A stretch of DNA of 64,000 nucleotides from Candidatus Poribacteria bacterium. Lineage in GTDB: Bacteria > Poribacteria > WGA-4E > WGA-3G. The stretch is from positions 6,596,430 to 6,660,429 of the forward strand of contig OZ251998.1 in assembly GCA_965246985.1 (NCBI GenBank), read 5' to 3'. Below the pieces are notes generated by a model. It saw nothing but the letters and a program-made list of their open reading frames with translations, ran no database searches and had not been told where the DNA came from. Both the position numbers and the translations under genes were made by a program. Within the stretch, counting starts at the first letter, position 1. Each line of letters opens with the position of its first letter. Shown one piece after another: positions 27,966 to 37,755 of the stretch.

Positions 27966-29163
27966 TCAAATGGTAAAAAATGAAAACATCCTCGTTTCTG
28001 TTGTCATGCCTTGTCTCAATGAAGAAGAGACACTCGGCACTTGCATTCAGAAGGCACAGAACACCCTGAAAGATATCGACATTCAGGGTGAAGTAGTTGT
28101 TGCGGACAATGGATCCACTGATGCCTCTGTCGAGATTGCTGAACGTCTCGGTGCGCGCGTTGTCCATCAACCCTTGCGTGGTTACGGTGCTGCCTATCTT
28201 GCTGGAATTTCCGCCGCAGAAGGAGAATACATTGTCATAGGCGATTCTGATGATACCTACGATTTCACAGACTTGGAGAGATTCATTACGCCTTTACGCG
28301 ACGGCTGTGATTTCGTCATAGGCAACAGGTTAAAAGGCGAGATTCTTCCGGGGGCGATGCCTGCACTCCACCGGTACCTCGGAAACCCCGTTCTGACAGG
28401 AATCCTGAATGTGTTGTTTCGATCCGGTATTTCGGATGCACACTGTGGAATGCGGTCTTTCACACGCGAAGCTTATCAACAGATGGAACTCCAGGCAACG
28501 GGGATGGAATTTGCCTCAGAGATGGTTATCAATGCAACAAAAACTGATCTGAAAATCAAAGAGATACCGATAACCTACTATCCTCGCAAAGGGGAATCCA
28601 AACTTAATTCCTTTCGTGATGGTTGGCGGCATTTGCGTTTCATGCTGCTGCTATCACCGACCTATCTATTTCTGATCCCCGGTATTCTACTTTTCCTGCT
28701 GGGCTTAATTGGAACAGTTGCACTCCTCCCGGGTCCTTTACAAATAGGCAATCGCGCCTACGATATTCATGTGATGGTTTTGGCATGTCTTTTGTGCCTG
28801 CTCGGTTATCAAGTACTCTTGTTAGGACACTCTGCTCGAACGTTGAGCGTCACTCGCGGTTTTTCCAGTAGCGACCCACTTACCCAATTCGTATATCGCC
28901 ATTTTACCCTTGAAAAGGGATTACTTCTTGGGTGTGTGATATTTGCCGTGGGATTCCTGATTGACGGTTGGATTGCGTACGGTTGGGTGAAAAGTGGCTT
29001 TGGTGAATTGCAGAAGGTGAGACCAGCACTTTTTGCACTGCTCTTGATGATATTGGGAACGCAGACGATTTTCTCTGCTTTCTTCGTAAGTATGCTTGGA
29101 ATTCCTACCCAAAAAACGCTGGTTATGAAAACTCTAAAGAACCATAAGACTCGGGACAGGTGA
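27955..29163 (+). CDS. Family-2 glycosyltransferase (polyprenol-phosphate sugar synthase-like) with C-terminal TM segments
   Basis: VSVVMPCLNEEETL, ADNGSTD and DSDDTYD motifs, with 4 or more C-terminal hydrophobic helices. It overlaps the STT3-like 3-prime end by 11 nt. Confidence 0.9.
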   Translation: MKSDQMVKNENILVSVVMPCLNEEETLGTCIQKAQNTLKDIDIQGEVVVADNGSTDASVEIAERLGARVVHQPLRGYGAAYLAGISAAEGEYIVIGDSDDTYDFTDLERFITPLRDGCDFVIGNRLKGEILPGAMPALHRYLGNPVLTGILNVLFRSGISDAHCGMRSFTREAYQQMELQATGMEFASEMVINATKTDLKIKEIPITYYPRKGESKLNSFRDGWRHLRFMLLLSPTYLFLIPGILLFLLGLIGTVALLPGPLQIGNRAYDIHVMVLACLLCLLGYQVLLLGHSARTLSVTRGFSSSDPLTQFVYRHFTLEKGLLLGCVIFAVGFLIDGWIAYGWVKSGFGELQKVRPALFALLLMILGTQTIFSAFFVSMLGIPTQKTLVMKTLKNHKTRDR

Positions 29164-29268
29164 TAAAGAACAGAGGTGTGACATCGCATCGATACCTCTA
29201 TCAATTTTAACGAATCCGTATAGCAATACTTTCGCCGGTTATCCAGGTCTGATTTGAGGTATAGTGTT

Positions 29269-29322
29269 GGGTAAATATCCTTTTAGGGTTTAGTTTTGTT
29301 CACCAATTTAGGATATTTACCC
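29269..29322. terminator. 12-bp perfect inverted repeat between convergent genes
   Basis: GGGTAAATATCC, 30 nt, then GGATATTTACCC. Confidence 0.35.
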
Positions 29323-29355
29323 TATTTAGTCAACTTTTTTTCGCGAAGGTATTAA

Positions 29356-29868
29356 TTAAAAATAGGCATGTATGCCGCTTCCTACGTACACGCCGGCGAG
29401 CCTCTTAGATTGAAAGTCGGTGTTTTCCCTGCTGAACCCTTGCCCGACTTCTACGTTCAAGCCGAGAGGGATCCCTCCAAGTGAAAATACAAGTTCACCG
29501 CCAAAAGCAAGTCCACCGCCTAACCTTGTGGTAAGAAGATCTCGCTCTTTTTGATACTGCCATGCACCTTCTAAGGTGAAATAGAGTCGGGATATGTTCC
29601 ACCTGCTTTGATGCTCGAAGATCGCATACGAGATACCAGCCCCTAACATGTGGTCGCTATCTTGATCGCTGAGGATAAAACGTCCAACGGTTTGAAGATA
29701 TATAGGTGCCAGTCCGGTATAGCGAAAACTAATTCCACCAAATGTCGGAGTTGCGCCTTGGAGTCCGATACCGAAACTTTTGGTAAGATCAGTACCTTGT
29801 GCCTGAACTGAGAAACTAAGGGTTAGCCCTACAAAAATACAGATTAGACAAAAAATTGTACGTGTCAT
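29356..29868 (-). CDS. Small outer-membrane beta-barrel protein
   Basis: Signal peptide (…SVQAQG), alternating Gly/aromatic pattern, C-terminal ...GIHAYF. Confidence 0.7.
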   Translation of the reverse strand: MTRTIFCLICIFVGLTLSFSVQAQGTDLTKSFGIGLQGATPTFGGISFRYTGLAPIYLQTVGRFILSDQDSDHMLGAGISYAIFEHQSRWNISRLYFTLEGAWQYQKERDLLTTRLGGGLAFGGELVFSLGGIPLGLNVEVGQGFSRENTDFQSKRLAGVYVGSGIHAYF

Positions 29869-29886
29869 TGCTTTTCTCCTTTTTGT

Positions 29887-31515
29887 TTATGGGGCGATTA
29901 GCAGTGTCACCCGATTTGATTCAGTGGTAGATGGATGATACATGAGGATGTCCTGCTTGTCGTCCTTGTTGAGATCGACCAGCCAGGTATGTTTTTCATC
30001 GTTGGGCATGGTTACCGCTACCTTTCGTGGCTTTCGGGCGAATAATTCTGGTCCCGATACGCCCATAAAGATGCGCAGCTCTTTCGGTCCCTGCTGCACC
30101 AATAAATCCGAACGTCTATCGCCATTCACATCCGCGATTAGCACAGATGAGAAAGTAGTTCTCCCGTTCGTTTTGTCGGCAGGGTAGGATTTGATTTTGC
30201 CGGTGACGTTCGGGTTGTTAGGATAGATGTCCCCTTCCATGCGGTAGCACTCAAGATCTAACGACACAGAACCCGTCAGAACCGCGCCGATAATCATGCC
30301 GATAGCCTTGAAAATACGGGGTTTGATAGTAGTAAACATCATGTCGATTTTCTCGTCCCCGTTGAAATCGGATTGCGTCATTCCGAACGGGATGCCGTCC
30401 ACCTGAAGCGCAGCACCCACATCCCGCGTGAATAGAATTCCGCCATCAGGTACCGGCGCGCCGAAATGTACTTCATAGGCAGAGTGCATGCGCCACAGGC
30501 TCCCACCTTTCAGCGAGAAGACCCCAAGATCGGCGATACCGTCTCCGTTCATATCCTTTAAAGCGTGCAGCACTTTTCCCGTCAGGGCTCCGGGGGGTTG
30601 GTGGTCTTTACGTCGACGACGAACCCCGTGGGGCGCAGCAAGCGAAGCAAGATCATCGGTGTCAAATACCACATCGGTCGTGAAGGTTGTGGCTACCGAG
30701 GCAAATAGACCATGCTTGTCCTGCTGATGAACCACGAAATGGTCTCCGTTCCAGAACACCAAGTCGACGCGACCATCTCGGTTGTAGTCCATCTCGTGGA
30801 TACGGCTCTGATTCCAAGGGGCGTATTGATATTCGTCGCCTCTATCATAGATTCTATCCACCTCGGTAGGAGAACCAAGCTTCACTGGATCAGCGAACAC
30901 GCCATCCGTTGTCTGAATGAACACCCAAAAGCCATCAGTGTCTGGCATTACCAGATCGTCGCGGGCATCGCCATTCACGTCGCGGGTGATGTCTACATGC
31001 GGGATATTACCGTCTAGAGGCACAATCATGGAAGTTACCGTTACTAACGTGTGTTCTGTTCCCGATTCGGGATCAAACCAGTTCAGGCGACCATGTTTGT
31101 ATGTAATCAATCGGTCGCGTCCACCAATGTTTACCACATCAACGAACAACACTTCAGGACGCAGCATTGTGTTGAGTCTTAGTGTCCAAGTATTGTTGCC
31201 GAACGCGTAGATATGCAAATGCTGGTTGTCATTTTCGTCAATATTCACGACAGCAAGTTCCGCGAGGTTGCCACCGAGCAGAAATCCGGTCAAAACAGTT
31301 TGGTGTTTGGCAATGCCGGTTTTGACTTCGTACTGCTCGAAGGTGAATTCCGTAGACGCGGGCATCATTGTCGGAGCAATCACTTCGTTAGATCGACCCG
31401 AACAACTCGACAGAAATACGCCAAAAACGAGTATGGAGAACAGGCACCGTCGATAATGTCTTGTGCACTCAGCTGTGGAAAGAAGGCGTTTGTGGAACGG
31501 GTTTCGCTTTTTCAT
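29887..31515 (-). CDS. FG-GAP/VCBS-repeat lipoprotein (paralog 1)
   Basis: The start MKKRNPFHKRLLS has an AAGGAGA SD. The lipobox is LSSCSG. Repeated D.NGDG..DL / DVNGD.R.DL motifs. Confidence 0.85.
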   Translation of the reverse strand: MKKRNPFHKRLLSTAECTRHYRRCLFSILVFGVFLSSCSGRSNEVIAPTMMPASTEFTFEQYEVKTGIAKHQTVLTGFLLGGNLAELAVVNIDENDNQHLHIYAFGNNTWTLRLNTMLRPEVLFVDVVNIGGRDRLITYKHGRLNWFDPESGTEHTLVTVTSMIVPLDGNIPHVDITRDVNGDARDDLVMPDTDGFWVFIQTTDGVFADPVKLGSPTEVDRIYDRGDEYQYAPWNQSRIHEMDYNRDGRVDLVFWNGDHFVVHQQDKHGLFASVATTFTTDVVFDTDDLASLAAPHGVRRRRKDHQPPGALTGKVLHALKDMNGDGIADLGVFSLKGGSLWRMHSAYEVHFGAPVPDGGILFTRDVGAALQVDGIPFGMTQSDFNGDEKIDMMFTTIKPRIFKAIGMIIGAVLTGSVSLDLECYRMEGDIYPNNPNVTGKIKSYPADKTNGRTTFSSVLIADVNGDRRSDLLVQQGPKELRIFMGVSGPELFARKPRKVAVTMPNDEKHTWLVDLNKDDKQDILMYHPSTTESNRVTLLIAP

Positions 31516-31584
31516 TTTTATTCTCCTTTCGAGTTTTTCATATATTAACATCGTTCACTTATAGGCAAAATATAACTGATGGAT

Positions 31585-33288
31585 TTATCGGGCAATCAGT
31601 ATCGTCAACCGATGCAGTTCGGTACCCGGAGGCAGTTTTGGGGCCCCGTGAGCATCTCGTAGAGTGAAGGGGTGATGCATGAGGAGATCCTGCACCCCGT
31701 CCTTATTAAGGTCCACCAGCCAGATGTGTTCCTCGTCGTTGGGGACAGCGATCGCCACCTCCTGATGCCGCCGAGCAAACATTTCCGACCCCGGCACGCT
31801 GGCGAGAACTGCCATGATCCGAGGGTGCCCCCCGATGAGCAGGTCTGAGCGGCCGTCGCCAGTCACATCACCGATGCGCAAAGTCGTGTTGAACGCGCGC
31901 GGATAACTCTTTTGGGTGTTCCGGCGTTCGTGCGTTGCCCCTTGAAGCACGATGTCCAGCGGCACCCACCCCGGCTCGCGATGGCTGGGCACTCCGTCCA
32001 ACGCAATTCTGCGGGTCGTATTGGGTGTGTCGGGGTAGCGGCCTTCTTCCATTTGGTAGAACTCGATATCCAGCCAGATGTCGTCACCCATGAACCCTTT
32101 AATGCTTTTCCAAGGGCTGCCCTTGAGGAACTCGATATCGATGGTCGTGATCATCAGCTCGACCTGGCCATCGCTATTGAAGTCGTGCCTGTCCAGCCCG
32201 AGCTGGATTTTTTTGTCTGACTGGAACGCGATGTCAGCACCCCGTGAGAATACGATGCCGCCATCGGGTGTTGGCGCGCCGAAATGCACCTGGTAACTGG
32301 AATGCTTGCTGGAGATGTCCTTGCCCGAAAGTTTGAAAACCACCATGTCAGCGACACCGTCGCCGTTCAGGTCAGTCAACGAGTGCAGCACCTTCCCTGT
32401 CATGTCCCCAGTGGTAAGTAAGGAGAGTCGATCCGAGTCGAATGCCACATCAGTCTTGAATGTTGTGGCTACCGAGGCAAATAGCCCATGCTCGTCTTGG
32501 AGATGAACCTCAAAGTGATCTTCGTTCCAGAACACAAGGTCGGTGCGACCATCTCTGTCGTAGTCAATCTCGTGGACACGGCTCTGAGACCAAGGGGCGT
32601 ATCGATATCCGTCAGCACCGCGGATCCTCTCCATCTCGGTGGAGGGGCCGATCTTCACTTTCTCGGCGAACGTGCCGTCACTCATTTGGATGAACACCCA
32701 GAAGCCATCGGAGTCTGGCACTATTAGGTCGTCGCGGTCGTCGGCGTTCACGTCCAGAGTAATATCTACGTGGGGGATTTCGCCGCTGCGAGGCGGCTTG
32801 AAGTCGGAAGTAACCGACACCAGTGGGCGTTCCGTCGCCGATTGGGGATCAAACCAGTTTAGGTTACCGCGTTCATACGTAATTAATCGGTCGCGTCCAC
32901 CGATGTTGGCTACGTCTACGAACAACACTTCCGGCCGTAGCGTGGCGTCGAGTTTCGGTGCCCAGGTGCCGTCGCCGAACGCGTAGATACGTAAGTGCCG
33001 GTTGTCATTTTCGTCAATGTGCACCACGGCAAGTTCTGCGATAGTACCACCGAGAAGAAATCCCGTCAAAACGGTCTGACGTTTCGCAGAGCCAGTGATG
33101 ACCTCGTATTGATCGAAAGTGAATTCCTCGGCGGCAGGTGTCATCTGCTCGACCTCTTCACCGAACAGGCTTGAGCATCCTGATAGGAATACACCAAAAA
33201 CCAGTATGGAGAATAGGATTCGTCGGGAATGCCTTGTGCACTCAGCTGCGGAAAGAAAGCGTTTGTGGAATGGATTTCGCTTTTTCAT
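31585..33288 (-). CDS. FG-GAP/VCBS-repeat lipoprotein (paralog 2)
   Basis: MKKRNPFHKRFLSAAECTRH... is near-identical to the paralog 1 leader. The lipobox is LSGCSS. Same repeat motifs. Confidence 0.85.
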   Translation of the reverse strand: MKKRNPFHKRFLSAAECTRHSRRILFSILVFGVFLSGCSSLFGEEVEQMTPAAEEFTFDQYEVITGSAKRQTVLTGFLLGGTIAELAVVHIDENDNRHLRIYAFGDGTWAPKLDATLRPEVLFVDVANIGGRDRLITYERGNLNWFDPQSATERPLVSVTSDFKPPRSGEIPHVDITLDVNADDRDDLIVPDSDGFWVFIQMSDGTFAEKVKIGPSTEMERIRGADGYRYAPWSQSRVHEIDYDRDGRTDLVFWNEDHFEVHLQDEHGLFASVATTFKTDVAFDSDRLSLLTTGDMTGKVLHSLTDLNGDGVADMVVFKLSGKDISSKHSSYQVHFGAPTPDGGIVFSRGADIAFQSDKKIQLGLDRHDFNSDGQVELMITTIDIEFLKGSPWKSIKGFMGDDIWLDIEFYQMEEGRYPDTPNTTRRIALDGVPSHREPGWVPLDIVLQGATHERRNTQKSYPRAFNTTLRIGDVTGDGRSDLLIGGHPRIMAVLASVPGSEMFARRHQEVAIAVPNDEEHIWLVDLNKDGVQDLLMHHPFTLRDAHGAPKLPPGTELHRLTILIAR

Positions 33289-33333
33289 TTTATTTCCTTT
33301 CGGGATTTTTGTATGTTAACATAGATAAATAAA

Positions 33334-33352
33334 TTAACAGTGTTAAGTTATA
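33334..33352 (-). promoter_or_regulatory. Candidate TetR operator abutting a TATAAC -10 element upstream of the FG-GAP genes
   Basis: TTAACAGTGTTAA (33334-33346) is identical to the site at 34032-34044. The -10-like TATAAC (minus strand, 33347-33352) is directly adjacent. Confidence 0.5.
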
Positions 33353-33393
33353 GACGAAAAAATATATTTGGCTTTCGCCAAATAGTTTCAAAT

Positions 33394-33999
33394 CTATGCC
33401 TTCAAACCTTCGATCGTCGTGTGAATTACCGTGTCAATCAATGTGTCTTTCTCAGTCCACGGGAAATCAGGGAAATCAATCAGGAGCAATGTGACACCGT
33501 GAACCGCTGACCACAGCACCTGACCGGTGGTCTCGACATCCGCTTGACGGAATATCTCCTGTTGAATGCATTCAGAGACCATTTCACGCAAGTAATTAAA
33601 CACCTTTTCGCCAACCGATCCTTCTTGAAGACCTAACCCTTTCTGAAACTGCGGACGGATAACAAACGTGAGTTTGTAATCTTGCGGATATTTTAGACCG
33701 AACTCGACGTATGCTTTCCCACTTTTTCTCAAGGTCTCGACGGGGTCGGTGTTATCTCTTTTTAACTGCTCAAGTGTGTTCAACAGGTTCAGGAGTGTTT
33801 CCTTGCAAACGGAATCTAAAAGATCTGCCTTGTCTTTGAAATAAAGGTAGATTGTTGTTGGGGAGTATTCGATCTTGCTGGCAATCTTTCGCATGGAGAT
33901 GTTCTCATAACCCTCATTGACAAACAACTCCCGCGCCGCAAAAAGAATTTGCTGCCGTAATTGTTCTTTTTCCCTTGCTCTCCGTTCTTTAACACCCAT
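33394..33999 (-). CDS. TetR/AcrR-family transcriptional regulator
   Basis: The N-terminal HTH is ...FVNEGYENISMRKIASKIEYSPTTIYLYFKDK. Confidence 0.9.
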   Translation of the reverse strand: MGVKERRAREKEQLRQQILFAARELFVNEGYENISMRKIASKIEYSPTTIYLYFKDKADLLDSVCKETLLNLLNTLEQLKRDNTDPVETLRKSGKAYVEFGLKYPQDYKLTFVIRPQFQKGLGLQEGSVGEKVFNYLREMVSECIQQEIFRQADVETTGQVLWSAVHGVTLLLIDFPDFPWTEKDTLIDTVIHTTIEGLKA

Positions 34000-34031
34000 T
34001 ACTTCACCTTTGGTTTACATAGAAATCTAAC

Positions 34032-34074
34032 TTAACAGTGTTAATATTATATCATGTGTTTTTATTTTTGTCAA
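34032..34074 (-). promoter_or_regulatory. Consensus sigma-70 promoter of the TetR gene with overlapping palindromic operator
   Basis: Minus strand: TTGACA (34069-34074), 17 nt, TATAAT (34046-34051), 1 nt, then TTAACACTGTTAA (34032-34044). Confidence 0.6.
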
Positions 34075-34150
34075 ATTTTTTTTCATTAGTGCTTCATCGA
34101 CTTTGAATTTTAGGGCACGTTAAGGCGGAATCCGCTGGTTTTGGCAGCAT

Positions 34151-34843
34151 TCAGAAAATCCGATCAACCAACTCTGATGGATGATCCAATACTGGATAGC
34201 CTGCCGCTCGACGCATCACAATATCCTCTCCAAGCAAGTCAGTATGCTGACGGAGGAACCACGCGGCGCAAAACGGCAACATCCCAACCTGAGCTGCACC
34301 TCGAAGTTCGTCACTATTGCCGTCGCCTATGAATATGCAGTCTGAAGGGGCAACGCCCAAATTCTGACATGCGTGTTGATAGATGTGAGGGTCGGGTTTG
34401 ACCATTCCGACCGCATGGGAAAATACTGTTACGTCAAAAAAGCGTACCAAGGGACTATTTGCCCAATCCAAGACTTCAGATCCGTCGGTATTACTGATGA
34501 GACCGAGCCTAATACCTGAAGTGGTGATTTCATTGATCATATTGAGGATTTCGGGTTCTACATGACGCAGATGCCCGGCAAAAGCGGAATGGCGACGCTC
34601 AGCGAGTGTCTTAATAGTGTTTTCAGAAGATTTACCTCCAAGCTTCCGAACGATATAACGTAGAGACGCTGCATAGTCTAATTGTCCCGTACATCGTGCC
34701 GGTCGATGATTCACATATTCCCGCTGAAAGTCCTCTACAGACAACTGTAAGGTCTGCGCGACTTCGGTGGTTGAAGGGTGGCCCGCGTCGAACTCTGAGA
34801 CAAGTGTTTCAAATAAATCGAAGATGACTATCTTTACAGCCAT
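34151..34843 (-). CDS. HAD-superfamily hydrolase (subfamily IA-like)
   Basis: IVIFDLFETLV (motif I-like) and IGDGNSDEL (motif IV-like). Confidence 0.8.
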   Translation of the reverse strand: MAVKIVIFDLFETLVSEFDAGHPSTTEVAQTLQLSVEDFQREYVNHRPARCTGQLDYAASLRYIVRKLGGKSSENTIKTLAERRHSAFAGHLRHVEPEILNMINEITTSGIRLGLISNTDGSEVLDWANSPLVRFFDVTVFSHAVGMVKPDPHIYQHACQNLGVAPSDCIFIGDGNSDELRGAAQVGMLPFCAAWFLRQHTDLLGEDIVMRRAAGYPVLDHPSELVDRIF

Positions 34844-34935
34844 TTCTAAACTCCTATGTTAATGCTTATTAATGCTGGTTATATGGAATTCCGTTCAATA
34901 AAAAGTCCACTAAGTGCACTTTTTGGATGAGAATA

Positions 34936-36144
34936 CTATTGAAACACAGGGTAAAGAGGCATTTCGCGGACTTCAAGTGGCCAGATTGTGCTGAATTTAT
35001 CTTGGATTTTTCTCGCTGTGGCACCGAGTGCTTTCAGATAATCGTGTTCCTCTGTCAACTGTGCCAATATACCTAAACGGTAGAAAACACGTCTGCGGAC
35101 GGCGGGTAGCCCCCAGTGATTATAGTTCGGATCAGTCCTTAAGGCTTCATAATCGCCAGCGGGTCGATCATTCAAGGCATTGCTAAACACGGTTTTCGGC
35201 GGTTCAAAAAATCTGTATATACAACGAATTGTCTCATAAACGCACGCCTCTATGACACGCTGATAAAACCACTGTTCATCTTGTGCTTCGGGGCAAGTTG
35301 TTGCGAGTGCTGTGCGATATGTATTTTCCATTTCTTGCATTATATCGTCAGGAAACCGTGAAACTTCCGCCCATATATCGAGATGAACACGAATCTGGAA
35401 CCCGTCAACAAGGACATGTTGGAAATGTCCAAACTCATAATCGAAAACATAGACTTTCGATTTGGAGGTAGACTGATAGACATTTACGGGGTAAAGGTCG
35501 CCGTGGGTTAAACTGTGAAAACGATTGGAAGGGGCAAGGAAGTCTGCCAGTGCTTTTAACTCAGAAAAGGATTCTTGATAGGGTATCACACCTGCGGCAT
35601 CGCATATCTCGGTCAACTTTTCAGCATAAACACTATGGAAATCTTTACTTTTTTCCTCAATGGGGACAATTGAATTCCGAATTTTAAGAAATTCTTCTGC
35701 CTTGCCAATTGAGAGGGCATCAATTTTTCCAAGAACCTTGGCAGATTCAATCAGAACTTTTTTCGCGGTTTGGTTATCATCAGATAATAATATTGCCCTC
35801 AAATTCTGACCATCCCCCATATCTTCCATCACGACGAGAGGGACGTTATTTTTTCCCGTATATCCGCCACCATAAAAGCGGGGTGTGGAACAATTTTCGT
35901 CCGTCTGGTCACTTAGGAATTGCAGGCACGCCCATTCGATACGGATTCTCCGTGCCCGTTTTCGTTTGACGAAGACACTTGCGGGTATACCATCGGGACC
36001 TGAAAGAACTCTGAAACGATATAAACATTCAGGGTGAATATTCTCATGTTTGTCAAGTCGTACTTCACCACCGTATTTATTGGACAGTATCATCTGAACT
36101 GCAGAGGGCAGATTTTTGAAAGATGTGTTGTGAATAGTTACCAT
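34936..36144 (-). CDS. Aminoglycoside/choline-kinase-type phosphotransferase (APH family)
   Basis: HGDLYPVNV catalytic-loop motif and VFDYEFG. Confidence 0.75.
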   Translation of the reverse strand: MVTIHNTSFKNLPSAVQMILSNKYGGEVRLDKHENIHPECLYRFRVLSGPDGIPASVFVKRKRARRIRIEWACLQFLSDQTDENCSTPRFYGGGYTGKNNVPLVVMEDMGDGQNLRAILLSDDNQTAKKVLIESAKVLGKIDALSIGKAEEFLKIRNSIVPIEEKSKDFHSVYAEKLTEICDAAGVIPYQESFSELKALADFLAPSNRFHSLTHGDLYPVNVYQSTSKSKVYVFDYEFGHFQHVLVDGFQIRVHLDIWAEVSRFPDDIMQEMENTYRTALATTCPEAQDEQWFYQRVIEACVYETIRCIYRFFEPPKTVFSNALNDRPAGDYEALRTDPNYNHWGLPAVRRRVFYRLGILAQLTEEHDYLKALGATARKIQDKFSTIWPLEVREMPLYPVFQ

Positions 36145-36324
36145 AATAGTCGTACAAAGAAATTTAGAATAGTGAATATGTGAGTTATTCGAAGATTTTG
36201 CATTTCAAAACCCGTAACCTGTCTATATTGTAGTTGATTATCGCGTGTAAAACAATTAGAATTACGTCTGAATGTTCCTTTGCCATTTCCTTGTTTTTTT
36301 TAGTCAAATTTGTTAAAATGAATT

Positions 36325-36351
36325 TGTAACAGTTACTAAAGTTTGGACAAT
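36325..36351. repeat. Left arm of a 27-nt inverted repeat bracketing the IS nest
   Basis: TGTAACAGTTACTAAAGTTTGGACAAT matches the reverse complement of 39385-39411 at 26/27. Related half-sites lie at 36357-36368, 36586-36604 and 39362-39380. Confidence 0.8.
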
Positions 36352-36663
36352 TTTTTCAAACTTTAGTAGATTAGGTTTTATAGAAATACCTCAGTTGCAT
36401 CTACATTCTGGACACCTGTCGCCTCGCTGGGGCTATAGAGGGCTGTTATACCGTGTTTCTATAAACATTCCGCCCCGCTGGGGCTGTTCTTTGCTACTCC
36501 GCTGTTCTTTTTCTGTGAGTTACGACCTTGTGAAAACCCGCAGAAAAATCAGGAAATACTTGAAAACTCAACATCAACAGAAATAAATTGTCCAAACTTT
36601 AGTAGAAAAACACATGGACATTTTTCTGCTTTTAACTTATAATTAAAAAGTTTATTAGTCATG

Positions 36664-36806
36664 CAGGGCTATTTAGTTTTCGGTTCCGCTTTCGATTTTA
36701 GTTTACGAATGTTAACGTTTTTACGAGATATAGCGTGAAAATCAAGTCCTATCTCGTAAAAAGTATCCACACTTATGAAGTAAATATGTACAACTAAATG
36801 ACCCTG
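36664..36806. mobile_element. 143-bp MITE (family B), copy A
   Basis: Identical by eye to 38419-38561. The TIRs are CAGGGCTATTTAGTT and AACTAAATGACCCTG. The 10-bp TSD is ATTAGTCATG. Confidence 0.9.
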
Positions 36807-36915
36807 ATTAGTCATGTAGAGGTTATAGATATATATAACATATTTTAATGTTTTTGGTGTCATTATGATGAAATGTTGAAGTGCCAACGTTTATTTAGAC
36901 CACAATTTAGCAAAG

Positions 36916-37755
36916 TTAAGCCAAGTTTTGCTGCTCGAATTCCATAGGTGTCAAATACCCTAACGCCGAATGTGGGCGTTTCTGATGATACACCTGTGTG
37001 ATAAAATGCCCAATGCGGACTCTCGCTTCGTGAATGTCCTCATAGTCATTTAGATAAACTTCTTCCTCCTTGAGCGTGCGGATGAGTCTCTCAGCATACC
37101 CGTTCTCCCAAGGACAGCCGCGACGGGCTACCGAAATCTCAACGTCATGCTGCGCCAGCGTTGAGAGATAGACATTTGAAAGATACTGAACGCCTTGATC
37201 AGAGTGATGAATCTCTGGGACACTCCGGCGTAATGCTTGCTCTAACGGTCTCAAGGTCAGCGGTTGAGTCAGGTGTTGACTCACCTGCCACCCTCTGATC
37301 CTGCGCGTGAAGACATCCATGAGCAGACTCACATAGACGAAGTGCGCCTTGAGTCGGACGTAGGTAATATCGCCTACCCAGACTTGATCGCATCGACAGA
37401 CCTCAAGGTCTTTAAGGCGATTGACCCACGGGTGCGTCCTCTCAATGGAGGTCGTCGTTTGACAGATACGTTTGACGGACACCGAGAGGTTCGCAGCTTT
37501 CATCAAGCGGGCAACGCGTCGATACCCAACGTCGTATCCCATCCGCAGTAGCAACTTTGTGATACGCCGATACCCATACGTCGGATATTGCGCAGCTAAC
37601 CGCTCTATTTCCTCTCGTAGGACTTCTTCAGACGCGTCGATTTTCGGTTGATAATAGAGCGTGCTCTTGTTAAAACCGAGCACCTCAGAAATCTGTCGCA
37701 CTGAAAAATCCGTCCGCAACGTCTCAACGATATGTCGTTGTTTAGACGGAGTCAA
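36916..37755 (-). CDS. IS3-family transposase OrfB (DDE/rve integrase core), expressed by -1 frameshift from OrfA
   Basis: WVGDITYV, HSDQGVQY and ENGYAERLIRTLKEE. Confidence 0.9.
   Translation of the reverse strand: MTPSKQRHIVETLRTDFSVRQISEVLGFNKSTLYYQPKIDASEEVLREEIERLAAQYPTYGYRRITKLLLRMGYDVGYRRVARLMKAANLSVSVKRICQTTTSIERTHPWVNRLKDLEVCRCDQVWVGDITYVRLKAHFVYVSLLMDVFTRRIRGWQVSQHLTQPLTLRPLEQALRRSVPEIHHSDQGVQYLSNVYLSTLAQHDVEISVARRGCPWENGYAERLIRTLKEEEVYLNDYEDIHEARVRIGHFITQVYHQKRPHSALGYLTPMEFEQQNLA

Noticed and set aside
29887-33288. Diversity-generating retroelement (TR/VR) explanation for the two similar FG-GAP genes
   Set aside because: No reverse transcriptase is in the window. The differences are spread along whole genes and are not adenine-specific in a short C-terminal patch. 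Plain tandem paralogy explains them.
36669-36887. 72-aa ORF sharing an identical 44-aa peptide with the C-terminus of ORF 38424..38951
   Set aside because: The shared peptide is the translation of MITE family B, identical 143-bp copies with TSDs. It is not a protein domain.
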